Assembly (NCBI RefSeq): GCF_018350175.1
Contig: NC_058368.1
Coordinates: forward strand, 142,974,001 to 143,038,000
Direction of reading: 5' to 3'
DNA length: 64,000 nucleotides
Source of the DNA: Felis catus
Lineage: Eukaryota
Shown: positions 12,770 to 25,700 of the stretch, one piece after another
Position numbering within the stretch: position 1 is the first letter of the stretch
Layout of the letters: each line of letters starts with the position of its first letter
Program-made: the position numbers and the translations under genes
Notes under the pieces: model-generated
Seen by the model: the letters and a program-made list of their open reading frames with translations, nothing else
Told to the model about the DNA's origin: nothing
Databases searched by the model: none

Positions 12770-13398
12770 TGTCAAATAAAAAAACAAATCCAGACTTAGA
12801 AAAGGAAAGACTTCATTTGAAAGACAGGAAGTAGGGGAGGAAGGGACTCTTGCAATAGGAGAGAGAACTCTCTGGCAATAAGATTTGCAAGTTTCTCAAG
12901 GGTGAGGCAAAATGGGTTTTTCTTTTATGGAGGCAGTAAACAGGCTAGAAGGAATCTGAAGTGGGCAAGTGGGATGAAGGGGTGGAGTGACTGATCTGAT
13001 AGTAGATGAAAGAACGTCTTACCCTGAGGTCAACCTATTTTCAGGAGAGGCTGTTAAGGGCTGCATTATGTTAGCTCAGGCCAAGGATGTGTCAAAGTCC
13101 AGGAGCATGGGGGAAGGAGACAATGCTAATCAAAGTTTGTGTGACAAGTATTTTGTTCTGATTGATTAGTGGGGACAAAACAGTTCAGCTAATTATTTAC
13201 GAGGCCAAGAATGGGAATTTGGAGTGTCTGTGTCTGGACTTTATCATAAGTAAACAAGGGAGAACTCATGAGCCTTACTTAGGTAAGTCCTATAGGTTAA
13301 GGATAGTAAACCATTTTCCAGAACTCTGGGTGGGGGGATTTCTTTAACCATTGCTGTTTTCCAGGATCACCGGGCTCAGGTAAAATTCAACATTGTTA
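12770..13398 (-). mobile_element. ERV1-class (MER4-group-like) LTR, family B copy 1, inserted in a MIR
   Basis: Collinear homology with 21177-22734 (caaataa...aatccaga; ccctgaggtca.cctattttcag; cagttcagcta; ttttccag.atca...aggtaa.att.aacattgt). MIR sequence lies on both sides. Confidence 0.65.
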
Positions 13399-13656
13399 GC
13401 ACTAATCTAAGGGGTTTACAGGCATTATCCTATTTAATCCTCTCACCATCCTGTTTGCATAAGTATATGGAGTGTTTAAGAAGGTGCCTATAGGACAAAC
13501 TCGGGCAAGTAAGTTACTTACCTTCAGTTTCTTCTCTGGAAAAGGGGAATAATAATGGTTCTGCAGCTCCTGTATACAGTGAGCTGTTCAATACATGTTA
13601 ACTATTATCACTTTTATTATTTTTGCTTTTCAAATGAAGGAGGGATAAGTAATTTA

Positions 13657-14047
13657 TGTTAAGCATTCGGAACGGATGGGGACCACAGTGCGGATGGTGA
13701 AAGAATGTACCCAAGGCCACACCAAAGAGATATTTTACTGAATGCGCTGCAAAGGAGCAGCAGGCAGGACAGTGAAGGAGAGACTGTCTGCCCCAAGGGC
13801 GTGGTGAGGGGCTATAGTTATAGGGCGGAGTGAGGGAGTATGGTAACGTTTGAACTTTTCACTTTTTTGGTAATCCTAGGACCTGTGCCTGGTTGTAAGT
13901 AGCCCATTGATTAGCTAGGACCCCTGGCTATTTTGAGGTAGGTCACTGAATGAGCCTGTTTGTATTCAGCCTGGTGGTCACTGTAGGTCTTTTTGCCTTG
14001 CTCAACTTACCATTGCACAAACCTGTTGCCTAAAAGCAGCCTCTACA
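13657..14047 (-). mobile_element. Solo LTR
   Basis: TGT...ACA termini with a perfect 5-bp TSD ATTTA. Retains several CpGs. Confidence 0.75.
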
Positions 14048-16647
14048 ATTTACGCAGTAAGTAAAGATACAAACCCACCCAGAATTCTCTCTATTGCCCT
14101 CGCCAAGGAGGGGAAGAAAATGGACAAAGTGGAAGAAATATTAAACAAAGCTGAGATAGATTTCCCAGAGTTACCGCCTCCAGTTCAAGAAAGCAAGGAA
14201 GGAACTGAATCAGTGTCTTATTTTTCACTAATTTGAGGGATTTTTGAGGCGGTAGCAGAAAAACATTCTTGCCTCCTAGAATTATCTTCTTGCTGCCAGT
14301 AGAGTGTGGGGCCACCCCACCCTGGTACTGGAGCAGCAGCCCAGAGCCCCTACCTCACTCCCAATTTATGGGAACCCCCAGAGTGTTCCCATTCTATTCT
14401 GGGCAGTCCTTTATTTCTAGATGGAGCAAGGCTGTAAAATTCTGTAAAACTGTTGTGATTTACTTTCTGCTAGACCCATTAGCAAGAGCTTTCTAGATAA
14501 ATTATTATTGTGGTCAGTGTTACTATTATTATTGTCACGTTACTAACCTTTGGCAAATTTGTTTCTTCTCTCTCACTCCCTTGCTCACTCAACCTTATTT
14601 TCTAGGGGGAATAAGATAGTAGAAATATTCAATACCCTTCCCCTGAATCTGATCAACTTCTGTAAAATCTAGGGCCTAAAAAGTGCTGCTTCGTTATATA
14701 CTGATAACGATTGGGAATTATTGCTAATTTTTCAGACGTGACCAATGGCCTACCTATTTCATTTGATACCTGAAGCTGATCATTTTTATTTATTTATATT
14801 TGTGTATTTGTTTTGAGAGAGACAGACAGTATGAGTGGGGAAGGGGCAGGGCGAGAATGAGAGAAAGAATCCCAAGCAGGCTCCACACTACTGTGAGTGC
14901 AGAGCCCAAGGTGGGGCTTGAACTCACAAAACTGTGAGATCACGACCTAAGCCAAAACCAAGAGTCTGCTGCTTTACTGACTGAGCCATCTAGTCGCCCC
15001 TGAAGCTGATCATTTTTAAACCCCTAAATCTCTACACAACACAATTATTTCTGGTAATAATCATGACTTCAAAATGATAATAATGTCCAGAAAAATAGTG
15101 AATTTTTATTTTATTAATCCTTGAGTATAGAAAACATGACAGTAAGATTAAAAAAAAAAAAAAAAAGAAAGTAATGAGAGGTTCCTGGGTAGCTCAGTCG
15201 GTTGGTTGAGCATCCAAGTCTTGATTTTGGCTCAGGTCATGATCCCAGGGTTGTGGGATCAAGCCTCGAGATGGCACGTAACCTGCTTGATATTCTCTCT
15301 CTTCCTCTGCCCCTCTCCCCTGCTCATGGTCTCTCTCTCTCTCAAATTAAGAAGAAGAAGAGGAAGAGGAAGAAGAGGAAGAATGAAACAGGTGTTCCTG
15401 CATGGCTTAGTTGGTTGAGGGTCCAACTCTTGGTTTTAGTTCAGGTAATGACCTCACAACTTGTGAGTTCAAGCCCCCTGTCAGGCTCAGCACTGACAGC
15501 CTGCTTGGGATTCTCAGCCTCTTTCTCAAAAATAAATAAATAAACACTAAAAAAAAATAATAATAATAAAGAAACCAAGATTACATTAAAAAATAAAAAA
15601 TGTGGGGCGCCTGGGTGGCTCAGTCGGTTGAGCGTCCGACTTCAGCTCAGGTCATGATCTCCCAGTTCATGAGTTTGAGCCCTGCGTTGGACTGTGTGCT
15701 GACAGCTCAGAACCTAGAGCCTGCTTGGGATTCTGTCTCTCTCTCTCTCTCTCTGCCCCTCCCTCATTCATACTCTGTCTCTCTCTCTCTCAAAAATAAA
15801 TAAAACATTTAAATAAATAAATAAAATAAAAAATGTAATGGATTAATTCTATGAATTACATTAATTTAATCTCTAAGGGAAAAAATTATACCTGTACATT
15901 GTGGCCTTTCAAATAATAACGTTATTTGAATAATAAGAGTTTAATTGCAATTAAATAAGAAGAACTCCAACCAAAATAAAGATATTATTTAACTTAACTG
16001 AGATATCTTATGTGTGAACAAAAACTTTTTAGCCTTCTGCTCAGGAGTTCCAGCCTGTTCTAAGCCATGCATTTCAGTGTTTGCCCCAAACTATTTATGA
16101 GATCAAGTCTTTGTGAAACCAGGAGTGGTCTATATCTGATTTCTGTCCACAAAACTAAAGCTGTTTAGATATTAGAAAATGTTGTAAAATTACCAAACAA
16201 AAATATTTCACCTTGCGGTTTTAACTCTGTCTTGCCTTTTTGTTTTAAGTAGGCTTCACACTCAGCACAGAGCCCAACATGGGGCTTGCTTGCACTCATG
16301 ACCCTGAGATCAAGGCCTGAGCTAAGATCAGGAGTCGAATGCTTAGTCAACTGAGCCACCCAGGCACACTGCTGTTTTAAATTTTAAACCCAAATAATGA
16401 TTCCAAGCAGTTACATAGAATAGCAGAATTGAAGCAAGTCATGTTCTCTTTCTTTATTTTCACAATGACTATGCCAACGTTCATTTCAAATCTTCTGTTT
16501 AGATGCATGAATATTAGTACCGACAGGATTTGCAAACACAAACTATCTCTTACCTCCAACCTTCCCAACCTAGCTCAATAATTCTAAATGAGGAATGCCA
16601 GGGGCCAGTTTTGTAACTGGGGATTTTCTAACTGCCATTAGAATGCA

Positions 16648-16651
16648 ATAT

Positions 16652-16695
<44 letters not shown>

Positions 16696-16908
16696 TTTTT
16701 TTTTCAACTTTTATTTATTTTTGGGACAGAGAGAGACCGAGCATGAACGGGGGAGGGGCAGAGAGAGAGGGAGACACAGAATCGGAAACAGGCTCCAGGC
16801 TCTGAGCCATCAGCCCAGAGCCCGACGCGGGGCTCGAACTCACGGACCGCAAGATCGTGACCTGGCTGAAGTCGGACGCTTAACCGACTGCGCCACCCAG
16901 GCGCCCCA
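16648..16908 (-). mobile_element. Young felid CAN-SINE (SINEC_Fc type) with (ATTT)n tail
   Basis: Full length, CpGs retained, and carries the diagnostic gtggcgcagtcgg / tgggctgatggctcag variant. Confidence 0.93.
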
Positions 16909-17264
16909 ATATTTATTTAAACATAGGTAGTAAATAGTGCTAATTTGAATCTTATATATATTATTCAATTGTATCTGGCAATTATTTACAACTAAACAAA
17001 CATTTTTAGGGAAAAGTATTTTATCATTGACATTGTTTAGAATTACCAGTGCATGATAGGTTTTTATTATGGGTTTTTGATCCTTCTAGACAATGCACCA
17101 CTGCCCGCGCCCAGGGCAGACCACCCTGAAGCCTCATTGTTAGTTGCAATAGTGAGACAGTGAAATTGAAGGGACCCCACCAAATAAAGCTGGTTCTTTT
17201 CTTTGCTCCTTTTCCTGCTTCTATTTTCACTAGGACCTACACCCCTGCTTTACAAGAGCCCTAA

Positions 17265-17730
17265 TGTATGTCCTCCTTACAAAGGTCACAGAGTTAATAA
17301 TTTCTTTGGAGTCTTCTAGCACAATAGATAACATCTAAGGAGTGACCAGGTGAGGCCATCATGCACATTCTCTAAGACATTGACTCCAGACATCTTGACA
17401 GCAAGACCCTGTCTTCAGGGTGTAAGTGACCTATGGAGGACACCTAAGCACTCATCCTTGTTCAACCAGTTACTGGATGCCTGAGAGGACACATATCCCA
17501 GACCCCTATCCTCAGTCAAAACTGCAGACCCCCCAGCAAAGACTCCACTTGTGTTCCTTTTCTTTCCAAGTCTCCCAGATACTCTCTATATCTGCTCTTT
17601 CTCTTCAATAAGCACTGCTCTCATTTCCTGCTGGTTTGAGTTTGATTTCCGTTCTGTGCAAAGCCAAGAAGTCTCATGGCTGGTCCTGTGGAACCCCATC
17701 CAGGTCCTCAGACCTGGCCTGTCTGCATCA
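17265..17730 (+). mobile_element. Probable LTR remnant
   Basis: The 3' part looks like an LTR R/U5 (caataag...ttctgtgcaaagccaagaa...cctgtctgcatca). The 5' boundary is uncertain. Confidence 0.45.
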
Positions 17731-17892
17731 ATACTGGTGTATGATTAAATACATATAAATGAGATACTGGGAGTGCCTAGGTGACTCAGTTGGTTGATCC
17801 TCTGACTCTTGATTTTGACTCAGGTCATGATCCCAGGGTCGTGTGATGGAGTCCCTCATTGGGCTCCATGCTCAGTGTGGATCCTGCTTAAG

Positions 17893-17942
<50 letters not shown>

Positions 17943-19435
17943 GCTGCCCCTCCCCCCAAGTTTCTTGGGTACTACAGACTCAAGTATTTAGGTGAAGTTT
18001 CACAGTGTTTACAACTTACTTGCAAATGAGTAAGATACAAAGATTCCCCCCAACATCACATGTAAACACAGTGATAATGAAAATATGGTGAAATGGTAAC
18101 AATTATTTAGTAAATATAATAACCATTGTACTATTCTTTAGTATAATTTTTTGAAAATTTTGAAATTTTTTTGAAATTATTCAAAATGAAAAATTGTAAA
18201 AAGTACTTTATCCATTGGTAAATTCATTGGTAAATTCAGTGAGAGGAAAAAATATATATGTATATATACACATGTACATATTGTATTTTTCAGTTACATC
18301 TGATGTCAGGTTTTCCTCACCAGTTTTCTTTTTTTTTTTTAATTAAATTTTTGAAAATATTTATTTATTTAGAGAGAGAGAGAGAGAAGGAGAGAGAGCA
18401 CAAGTAGGAAGGGGCAGAGAGAGAGGGAGAGAAAGAACCCCAAGCAGGCTCCATGCTGTCAGCACAGAGCCCAACTAAGGGCTCAGTCCCAGGGAACTGA
18501 GAGATCATGACCTGAGCCAAAATCAAGAGCCAGACACTTAACCAACTGAGCCATACAGGTGCCCCCCCCTCACCAATTTTCTAACATAAGTTTTTAAAAA
18601 TCATATGATTCAAGAAGTTTGAATTCTTTTAATTATTTATTTATTTATTTATTTATGTATTTATTTGAGAGGGAGAAAGAGCGGGGGGCGGGGTGGGGGG
18701 GTGGGGGCACTGGGTGTGAAGGGGGCTCAGCACTGACAGCAGAGAGCCTGATGCAGGGCTTGAACTCATGAACAGCAAGATCATGACCTGAGCCAAAGTC
18801 AGACACTTAACTGACTAAGCCACCCAGGCGCCCTGAAAAATTTGAATTCTTAAACAAAGAATTGTCATTTTTCAGAAAATTTAGCTGGTAAATGTAGAGA
18901 TCATCTATAGTTTTTGATATAATGACTGATTGTATTAAAACAATATTGTGCTTAAAATTATAGCAATGTAATTTTCTCAGTTTGAATAAGGTCCCAGTTG
19001 ATTAAGTGGGGTATTGTCTATAGTTTCAAACCTTAAAAGGGACTTTCTTTGTATATCTATTGTGCCTAGGTAACAATTTTTTAAGACTCAGTTCACGGGG
19101 GGCCTGGGTGGCTCAGCCAGTTAAGCATCTGACTCAATTTTGGCATAGGTAATGATCCCAGGGTCATGGGATTGAGCCCCAAATCCCAGGTTGGGCTCTG
19201 TGCTGTCAGAGATTCTCTCTCCCTCCCTCTCTCTCTTTCTCTTTCTCTCTGCCTCTCCTCACCTTGCAGCCTCTTGTGGTCTCTCTTTCTTAAAACAAAA
19301 CAAAACAGTTCATAAATTCTCCATTTCATGATATCATTTTTATATGATAGTATAAAATTAGCTTGTTATATTAATTTGAAAATCAATTGAAATTTTGTTT
19401 TTGATTTTTTTCATGTTCTTTTTTTTTTTTTTAAC

Positions 19436-19944
19436 AAATAGACTTCATTTTTTAGGCCAATTTTAGGCTTACAGCAAAATTAAGGTGAAAGTAGAGAGTT
19501 CCCATGTACACCCTCCACTGGACACCAAAGCCTTCTCGACGATCAATATCCTGAACCAGTATGGTACATTTGTTATACATAATCCATGAGCCAACATTAT
19601 CAACCAAAACCCATTGCCTACACTAGAATTCACTTTTGGGGGTAAATATTTTATGTTTTTTTAAATTTTTAAAATTTTATATTTATTTTAAAAATTTCTT
19701 GGGGCGCCTAGGTGGCGCAGTCGGTTAAGCGTCCGACTTCAGCCGGGTCACAATCTCGCGGTCGGTGAGTTCGAGCCCCGCGTCAGGCTCTGGGCTGATG
19801 GCTCAGAGCCTGGGTCCTGTTTCTGATTCTGTGTCTCCCTCTCTCTCTGCCCCTCCCCCGTTCATGCTCTGTCTCTCTCTGTCCCCAAAATAAATAAACG
19901 TTGAAAAAAAAATTAAAAAAAATTTCTTAATGTTTTTATTTATT

Positions 19945-19989
<45 letters not shown>

Positions 19990-20430
19990 TGTGTGTGTGT
20001 GTGTGAGTGGGGGAGGGGAAGAGAGAGAGGGAGACACAGAATTGGAAGCAGGCTCCAGTCTCTGAACTGTCAGCACAGAGCCTGACACAGATCTCGAACT
20101 CGTGAACCTCAGTCAAGGTTGGACGCTCAATCAACTGAGCCACCCAGGCGCCCCTTATGTTGTTGTTGTTGTTTTAATGTTTATTTTGAGAGAGAACGCA
20201 TGTGTGTGCGCGTGCATGGGGCAGAGAGAAAGGGAGAGAATTCCAAACAAGCTTGGCGCTGTCAGCACGGAACCCAAATGGGGGCACAATCTCACGGTTC
20301 ATGAGATCATGACCTGAGTGGAAATCAAGAGTCGGGACTTAACCAAGTGAGTCACCCGGGTGTCCCCATTTTATGGGTTTTGACAAATGTATAATGACAT
20401 GCTCTCCATTTAATACCATGCAAAATTGTT
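19436..20430 (-). mobile_element. Old L1 (L1MC-like) 3' end interrupted by three SINEs
   Basis: ttttaggcttacagcaaaatt...gagttcccat...tggtacatttgtta...tatgggttttgacaaatgtataatgacatg. Confidence 0.7.
19701..19920 (+). mobile_element. Young felid CAN-SINE
   Basis: Near-consensus full-length copy with CpGs retained. Confidence 0.93.
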
Positions 20431-21723
20431 TTCAGCTTAATTTTTTTAATTAAAATATTTCCAGGATATTATTTTAGAAAAAGAGTTAAATTCTAGAATT
20501 TAATTGGGGCGCCTGGGTGGCTCAGTTGGTTAAATGTCTGACTCTTGATTTCAGCTCAAGGTCTCACAGTTCCTGAGTTCAGTTCCTGAGTTTGAGCCCC
20601 CTCTGTGGGCTTTGTACCAACAGCACAGAGCCTGCTTGGGATTCTCTCTATCCCTTTCTCTGCCCCTCCCTCTTGCTCTCCCTCAAAAATAAATAAACTT
20701 AAAAAATCAGTACTTATATTATTACTAGAACTACCAGTTCTGTCAGTAAATCTATTATAATAGACTTCTGTTATATTGCTTATTTTTGTGGAACTATTTA
20801 AAAAAAATTTTTTTAACGTTTATTCGTTTTTGAGACAGAGAGAGACAGAGCATGAATGGGGGAGGGTCAGAGAGAGGGAGACACAGAATCTGAAACAGGC
20901 TCCAGGCTCTGAGCTGTCAGCACAGAGCCCGACGCGGGGCTCGAACTCACGGACCGCGAGATCATAACCTGAGCCGAAGTCTGCCGCTTAACTGACTGAG
21001 CCACCCAGGCGCCCCCAAATATTAAAAAAAATTTTTTTTTAATTTGTGGAACTATTAATATCACTACCATAAACAGGTACTTTGAACTGTTCATTTGTGT
21101 ACACATAGAAGTTTTCACTAAAGTGTTATCTACTTCCACCTAAGTTCTTGCTTTCAAGTGAATATAATTAGTTCTATGGTATCAAATAAGAAAGCCAATC
21201 CAGATTTAGGTAAATAGAGATTTTATTGGAAAGGATTAGGCAGAGTGGGTAGGAGTGAAGGGACCAATGCAATAGGGAGAACTCTGTGACAATAGATCAG
21301 CAAGTGTCTCAAAGGTTAGAGAGGGAGGAGTAAACAAGAATAGGATGAAAGGGTGGGCTGGTGTGATTGGACACTAGATGCAGAATGTTATGCCCTGAGG
21401 TCAGCCTATTTTCAGCTGGGTCCTTAGGCAGGGTTCGGCTGGCTCAGCCTGAGGGTGGGTCAAAGTTTAGAGGTCTGCAGAAAAAGGGAAACAACCTAAA
21501 TTTGATTAACAAGCACTTTCTAATTCCATGGGACAAGCAGTTCAGCTAGTCATTTATGGAAATTTAAAGGGTCTGTGTCTGGCCTCATTATAGGTAAATA
21601 AGGGGTCACGAGTGAGTTTTACCTAAGTTATGTGGGGAACTTTGGTTCTTTGCAACAAGCAGAGTTCCACAACACAAAGAATACAGGATTTCTTAACTTT
21701 GACCTATTTTCCAGAATCAGTAG

Positions 21724-22179
21724 TGTTAAAGAACAAAAATTCAACTGAGTAAATTTAAAGATCTGATTTGCTTTATTAATCTGTTCCTGAACTGGGCAGC
21801 ATCCCACACAGCAAGTAGAGGGGAGCTCCCAGGAACAGGAATTGTATAAAACTGAAAAGTATTTATAGGAATGAGGGTGGGGCCAGGAACGTATTAGCAA
21901 AAGAAAAGGAATGATTGTTTCAGGCTGGGTCACTTTCCTGTGGAGGGGGAGGGTGGGAGAGCAGGGGGGTTTACCATAGGCAGATTGCCTCATCTTCCTT
22001 TGGGGGTTGGGAGGACAGATTACCTTATTGGTGCTGGCCAGAAAATTCCTGACTGACCGGTTAAGACTACATTTCTGGGGAAGGTTGAAATTGCAATTAG
22101 GTTAGGTATTAAGCCCCAGTCCGGTGACTTGGACTAGCATAAGTGACTCCATCTTGTGCCTGCGGTTTTCTTTTTAATA
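21724..22179 (-). mobile_element. Carnivore ERV1-class solo LTR (family C)
   Basis: Begins tgttaaagaacaaaaattcaac on +. On - it begins with an aaaaagaaaacc...aagatggagtcacttatgct LTR 5' motif, and AATAAA is on -. Confidence 0.7.
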
Positions 22180-22193
22180 TTGGGTGTAGGTAA

Positions 22194-22714
22194 TGATGAA
22201 GTTTTGGGGCGATGGGAGGGTTCGTGGGGTTTGGAGCTGACAGCCAAGAAAGAATTCTTGAAGACATCTTTGGTGCAAAAAGGGGATTTTATTAAAGCAC
22301 AGGGACAGGACTTGTGGGCAGTAAGAGCTGTACTGTAAGTGTGGGGAGTGACAGTCTTCAGGAGTCAAGGGAGATAAAGTCAAGGGGGAGTTCCTAAAGG
22401 GGTTTTCACATGCCAAAGGCTCACAGATTATTGGAGGCCTACCTATTGTCAAACTAAGGTTGTTTTTCCCTCCAGCAAAGCATTAACATTAAGATAGTAG
22501 GGAGTTCCCAGACTTTTAGGCTGCTGATGGGATTGTCTTTCTCTAGTAAACTGGTGGCGAATCTTACCAGTTTAACCATTAGATTTTTGTCCTTTCTGGT
22601 TTTTGTGTAGCCAGGAGTGTCCAAGGAATACCATACAAGTCCCACCTGGGAGGGGGGGGAGGGGGCACTGTTAGCCTGAACTTTGCCTTCAGCTTGCCCC
22701 ACGCTCCCTTATCA
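22194..22714 (-). mobile_element. ERV1-class solo LTR (family A, copy 3)
   Basis: Ends are the reverse complement of those of 3338-4073. Perfect 5-bp TSD GGTAA. Confidence 0.87.
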
Positions 22715-22734
22715 GGTAACATTAAACATTGTCA

Positions 22735-25700
22735 GTCCACCATTTTGTTCAGGACAATCATACCATTTGCACCTAAAGCACTCAGAGGATCATAAATCTC
22801 CTGACTGGGTAAAGCAGTGTCTAAGATATGTCTCCTGAACACTGACAAAATCAGTTGAACCATCTTTTAAGAGGTGGTGGCAAAGGTCAGTTGTTCTGGG
22901 GTCACTCATCTTAAAAGAGGGATGCCTAAGGTGAAAAAGAGAAACATTAATATAAAATATTATATTACAATCTAAGATTGGAAGATGAAAATCTTTCTAT
23001 TATGCAGCAGTGTTCATTGAGTTCCTTGAAGCTAACATACAGATGATCTTGGCAATGCTGTTCCCATTCAGACTTACTTTTTTTTTTTTTTAATGTTTAT
23101 TTTTGAGAGAGACAGAGCCTGACTGGAGGCGGGGCAGAGAGAGAGGGAGACACAGAATCTGAAGCTGGCTCCAGGCTCTGAGCTGTCAGCACAGAGCCTG
23201 ATGCAGGGCTCAAACCCACGAACCACAGAATTACTTTTCATGTAAGGCCATACATGACTTGAGCATTTTGCTACACTTCCTTAGTGGCCTAGACAGTGAA
23301 AGAGCAGACCTAGGCCGGCCGACTCCATTTTGTTGTGTCCTCCATCTTGTTCTGTATCCTCCATCTTGAGTGACTATGTCCCTGACACGGCCGCAGAAAG
23401 AAGTTCCCGCTCAAACCTCAGACCATGCCTCCTCCCCTTGAATAACTTCCCGCTCACCCGTTCAAACTTCCCGATCAAACCATGCCTGGCAACCTGTGAG
23501 ACGGGACTCTGACCCTTCCCCAGCCAATCGGCTAAGGCCATGACCATTTCCCCACCAACTGCCCCTAGATCCCTATAAAACCTTTGTGCTTATGAAACTT
23601 GCTCTCTCTCTCCGGTATCTCACTGCTGTGTCGGTGCAGGTAGGGGATTGAGCTCGAGCTAGCTCGAATAAAGGCTCTTTGCTTTTGCATCGGACTCGGC
23701 TCCCTGGTGGTCTTTGGGGATTACGAATTCTGGGCATAACAGTGACTTGTCCAGAGAGAAAACTAGTCCATGTATAGACTGCTACAGTGATGTTCTTTCA
23801 AGTACATATGAAACAGTGAGGCTTTAATTCTCAATGCTTCTACAGACCTTCAAGAAAAAGGCCAGCTGTAAGGAACCTAGAGTTGGGCCACCTGGCTGGC
23901 TCAGTTAGTAGAGCATGCAACTCTTGATCTCAGGGTTATTAATTCCAGCCCCATATTGGGTGCATATATATATATATTTTATTTTTGAGAGAGAGAGAGA
24001 GAGAGAGAGGGAGACAGACAAAGGGGAACAGAGGGTGTGAATTAGGTTCTCTGCTGTCAAACTCACAAGCTGTGAGGTCATGACCTGAGCTGAAGTTGGA
24101 TGCTTAACCAATTGAGCCACCCAGGTGCACCAAAAACAAAATCTTTTTTTAAAAAAGGAAGGCAACCTGGGGCGCCTGGGTGGCTCAGTTGGTTGAGCGT
24201 CTGACTTCGGCTCAGGTCATGATCTCACGGTCCGTGAGTTCGAGCCCCATGTCGGGCTCTGTGCTGGGCTCTGTGCTGACAGCTCGGAGCCTGGAGCCTG
24301 CTTCGAGTCTGTGTCTCCCTCTCTCTGACCCTCCCCCGTTCATGCACTGTCTCTCTCTGTCTCAAAAATAAATAAATAAATAAAACATTAAAAAAAGTAA
24401 ATAAAAAAGGAAGGCAACCTAGAGTCCCAATAGGGACCTGAGTAGTCAGGTCTTTTTCTTTTTTCTTTTTTTTTTTTTTTTTAAGTGAGCTCTAGGCTCA
24501 ATGTGGGGCTTCAACTCAGTCCCAAGACCAAGAGTCACATGCTCTACTGACTAAGCCATCCAGGAGCCTCCTGAGTAGTTAGGTTTTAATTCTCAATGCT
24601 ATGTCAAGAAAGGAGGGAGAAAAATCTGAAACATTAGAGAATTGTGGCCAATGAAGAAAAATGGAAGAAATGAAATTTGGTAAAATGTGGCAATGAATGA
24701 AAGATGACAAGATGTAGTCCAATTTACAGGTAGGTAACATGTTTTAGATATATTTTTTTCTTACCCATCAGTTACCTCCAATTAATAAAAAGGTACAATA
24801 AAAATCAAAGACAATACATAGAACTAGAATCTGATAACCCACAAAAGTGGTATAGTTTTCTAATGAAACAAAATTTTTCATAACAGTTTACCACACCACC
24901 CTTTGATCAAAGACAATACTAAACAAAGATTATTTGTGATGATAAAATAAGGCTAGTCTCACTAGATTTGGCTTGATTATATGCATAGGTATAGCAAGAA
25001 TGGTAATTTACCATGATAGACCTTTATTTAAAAAAAAAAATCAAAAAAAAATTTTTTTAATGTTTATTATTGAGAGACAGAGAGACACAGAGCATGAGCA
25101 GGGGAGGGGCCGAGAGATGGAGAGACACAATCTGAAACAGGTTCCAGGGTCTGAGCTGTCAGCACAGACCCTGGCTTGGGGCTTGAAATCACAAACCACA
25201 AGCCTAAGTCGGACCTGAGCTGAAGTGGGATGCTTAACCTACTGAGCCACCCAGGCACCCCAGGAAAAAAAATTTTTAATGTTTATTAATTTTTGAAAGA
25301 GAGAGACAGAGGGAGACACAGAATCCAAAGCAGGTTCCAGGCTCTAAGCTGTCAGCATAGAGCCAGACGTGGGGCTCAAACCCACAAACCTTGAGATCAT
25401 GACTTGAGTCAAAGTTGGATGCTTAATCAACTGAGCTGCCCAGGCGCCCCACCATGATAGATCTTTTTAAGTTTTCTTCGCTGGAAGTTCTCATAAGGAA
25501 TCTCAGATTGAACTTTTGTTGTTTTTAAGTTTATTTATTCTGAGAGAGACAGAGATAGCATGAGTAGGGGAGGGGCAGAGAGAAAGGGAGAGAGAGAATC
25601 TCAAGCAGGCTCCTCACTGCCTGTGGTGGAGCCTGATGCAGGACCCAAACTCACAAACCCTAAGATCATGATCTGAGCCAAAACCAAGAGTCCGTCCCTT

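Larger units (their letters stand above)
21177..22734 (-). mobile_element. ERV1-class LTR family B copy 2 (probable 3' LTR of the adjacent provirus), split by two younger LTRs
   Basis: Homologous to 12770-13398 once 21724-22179 and 22194-22714 are removed. On the - strand it is preceded by a purine-rich AAAATGGTGGAC (polypurine-tract position). Confidence 0.65.
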
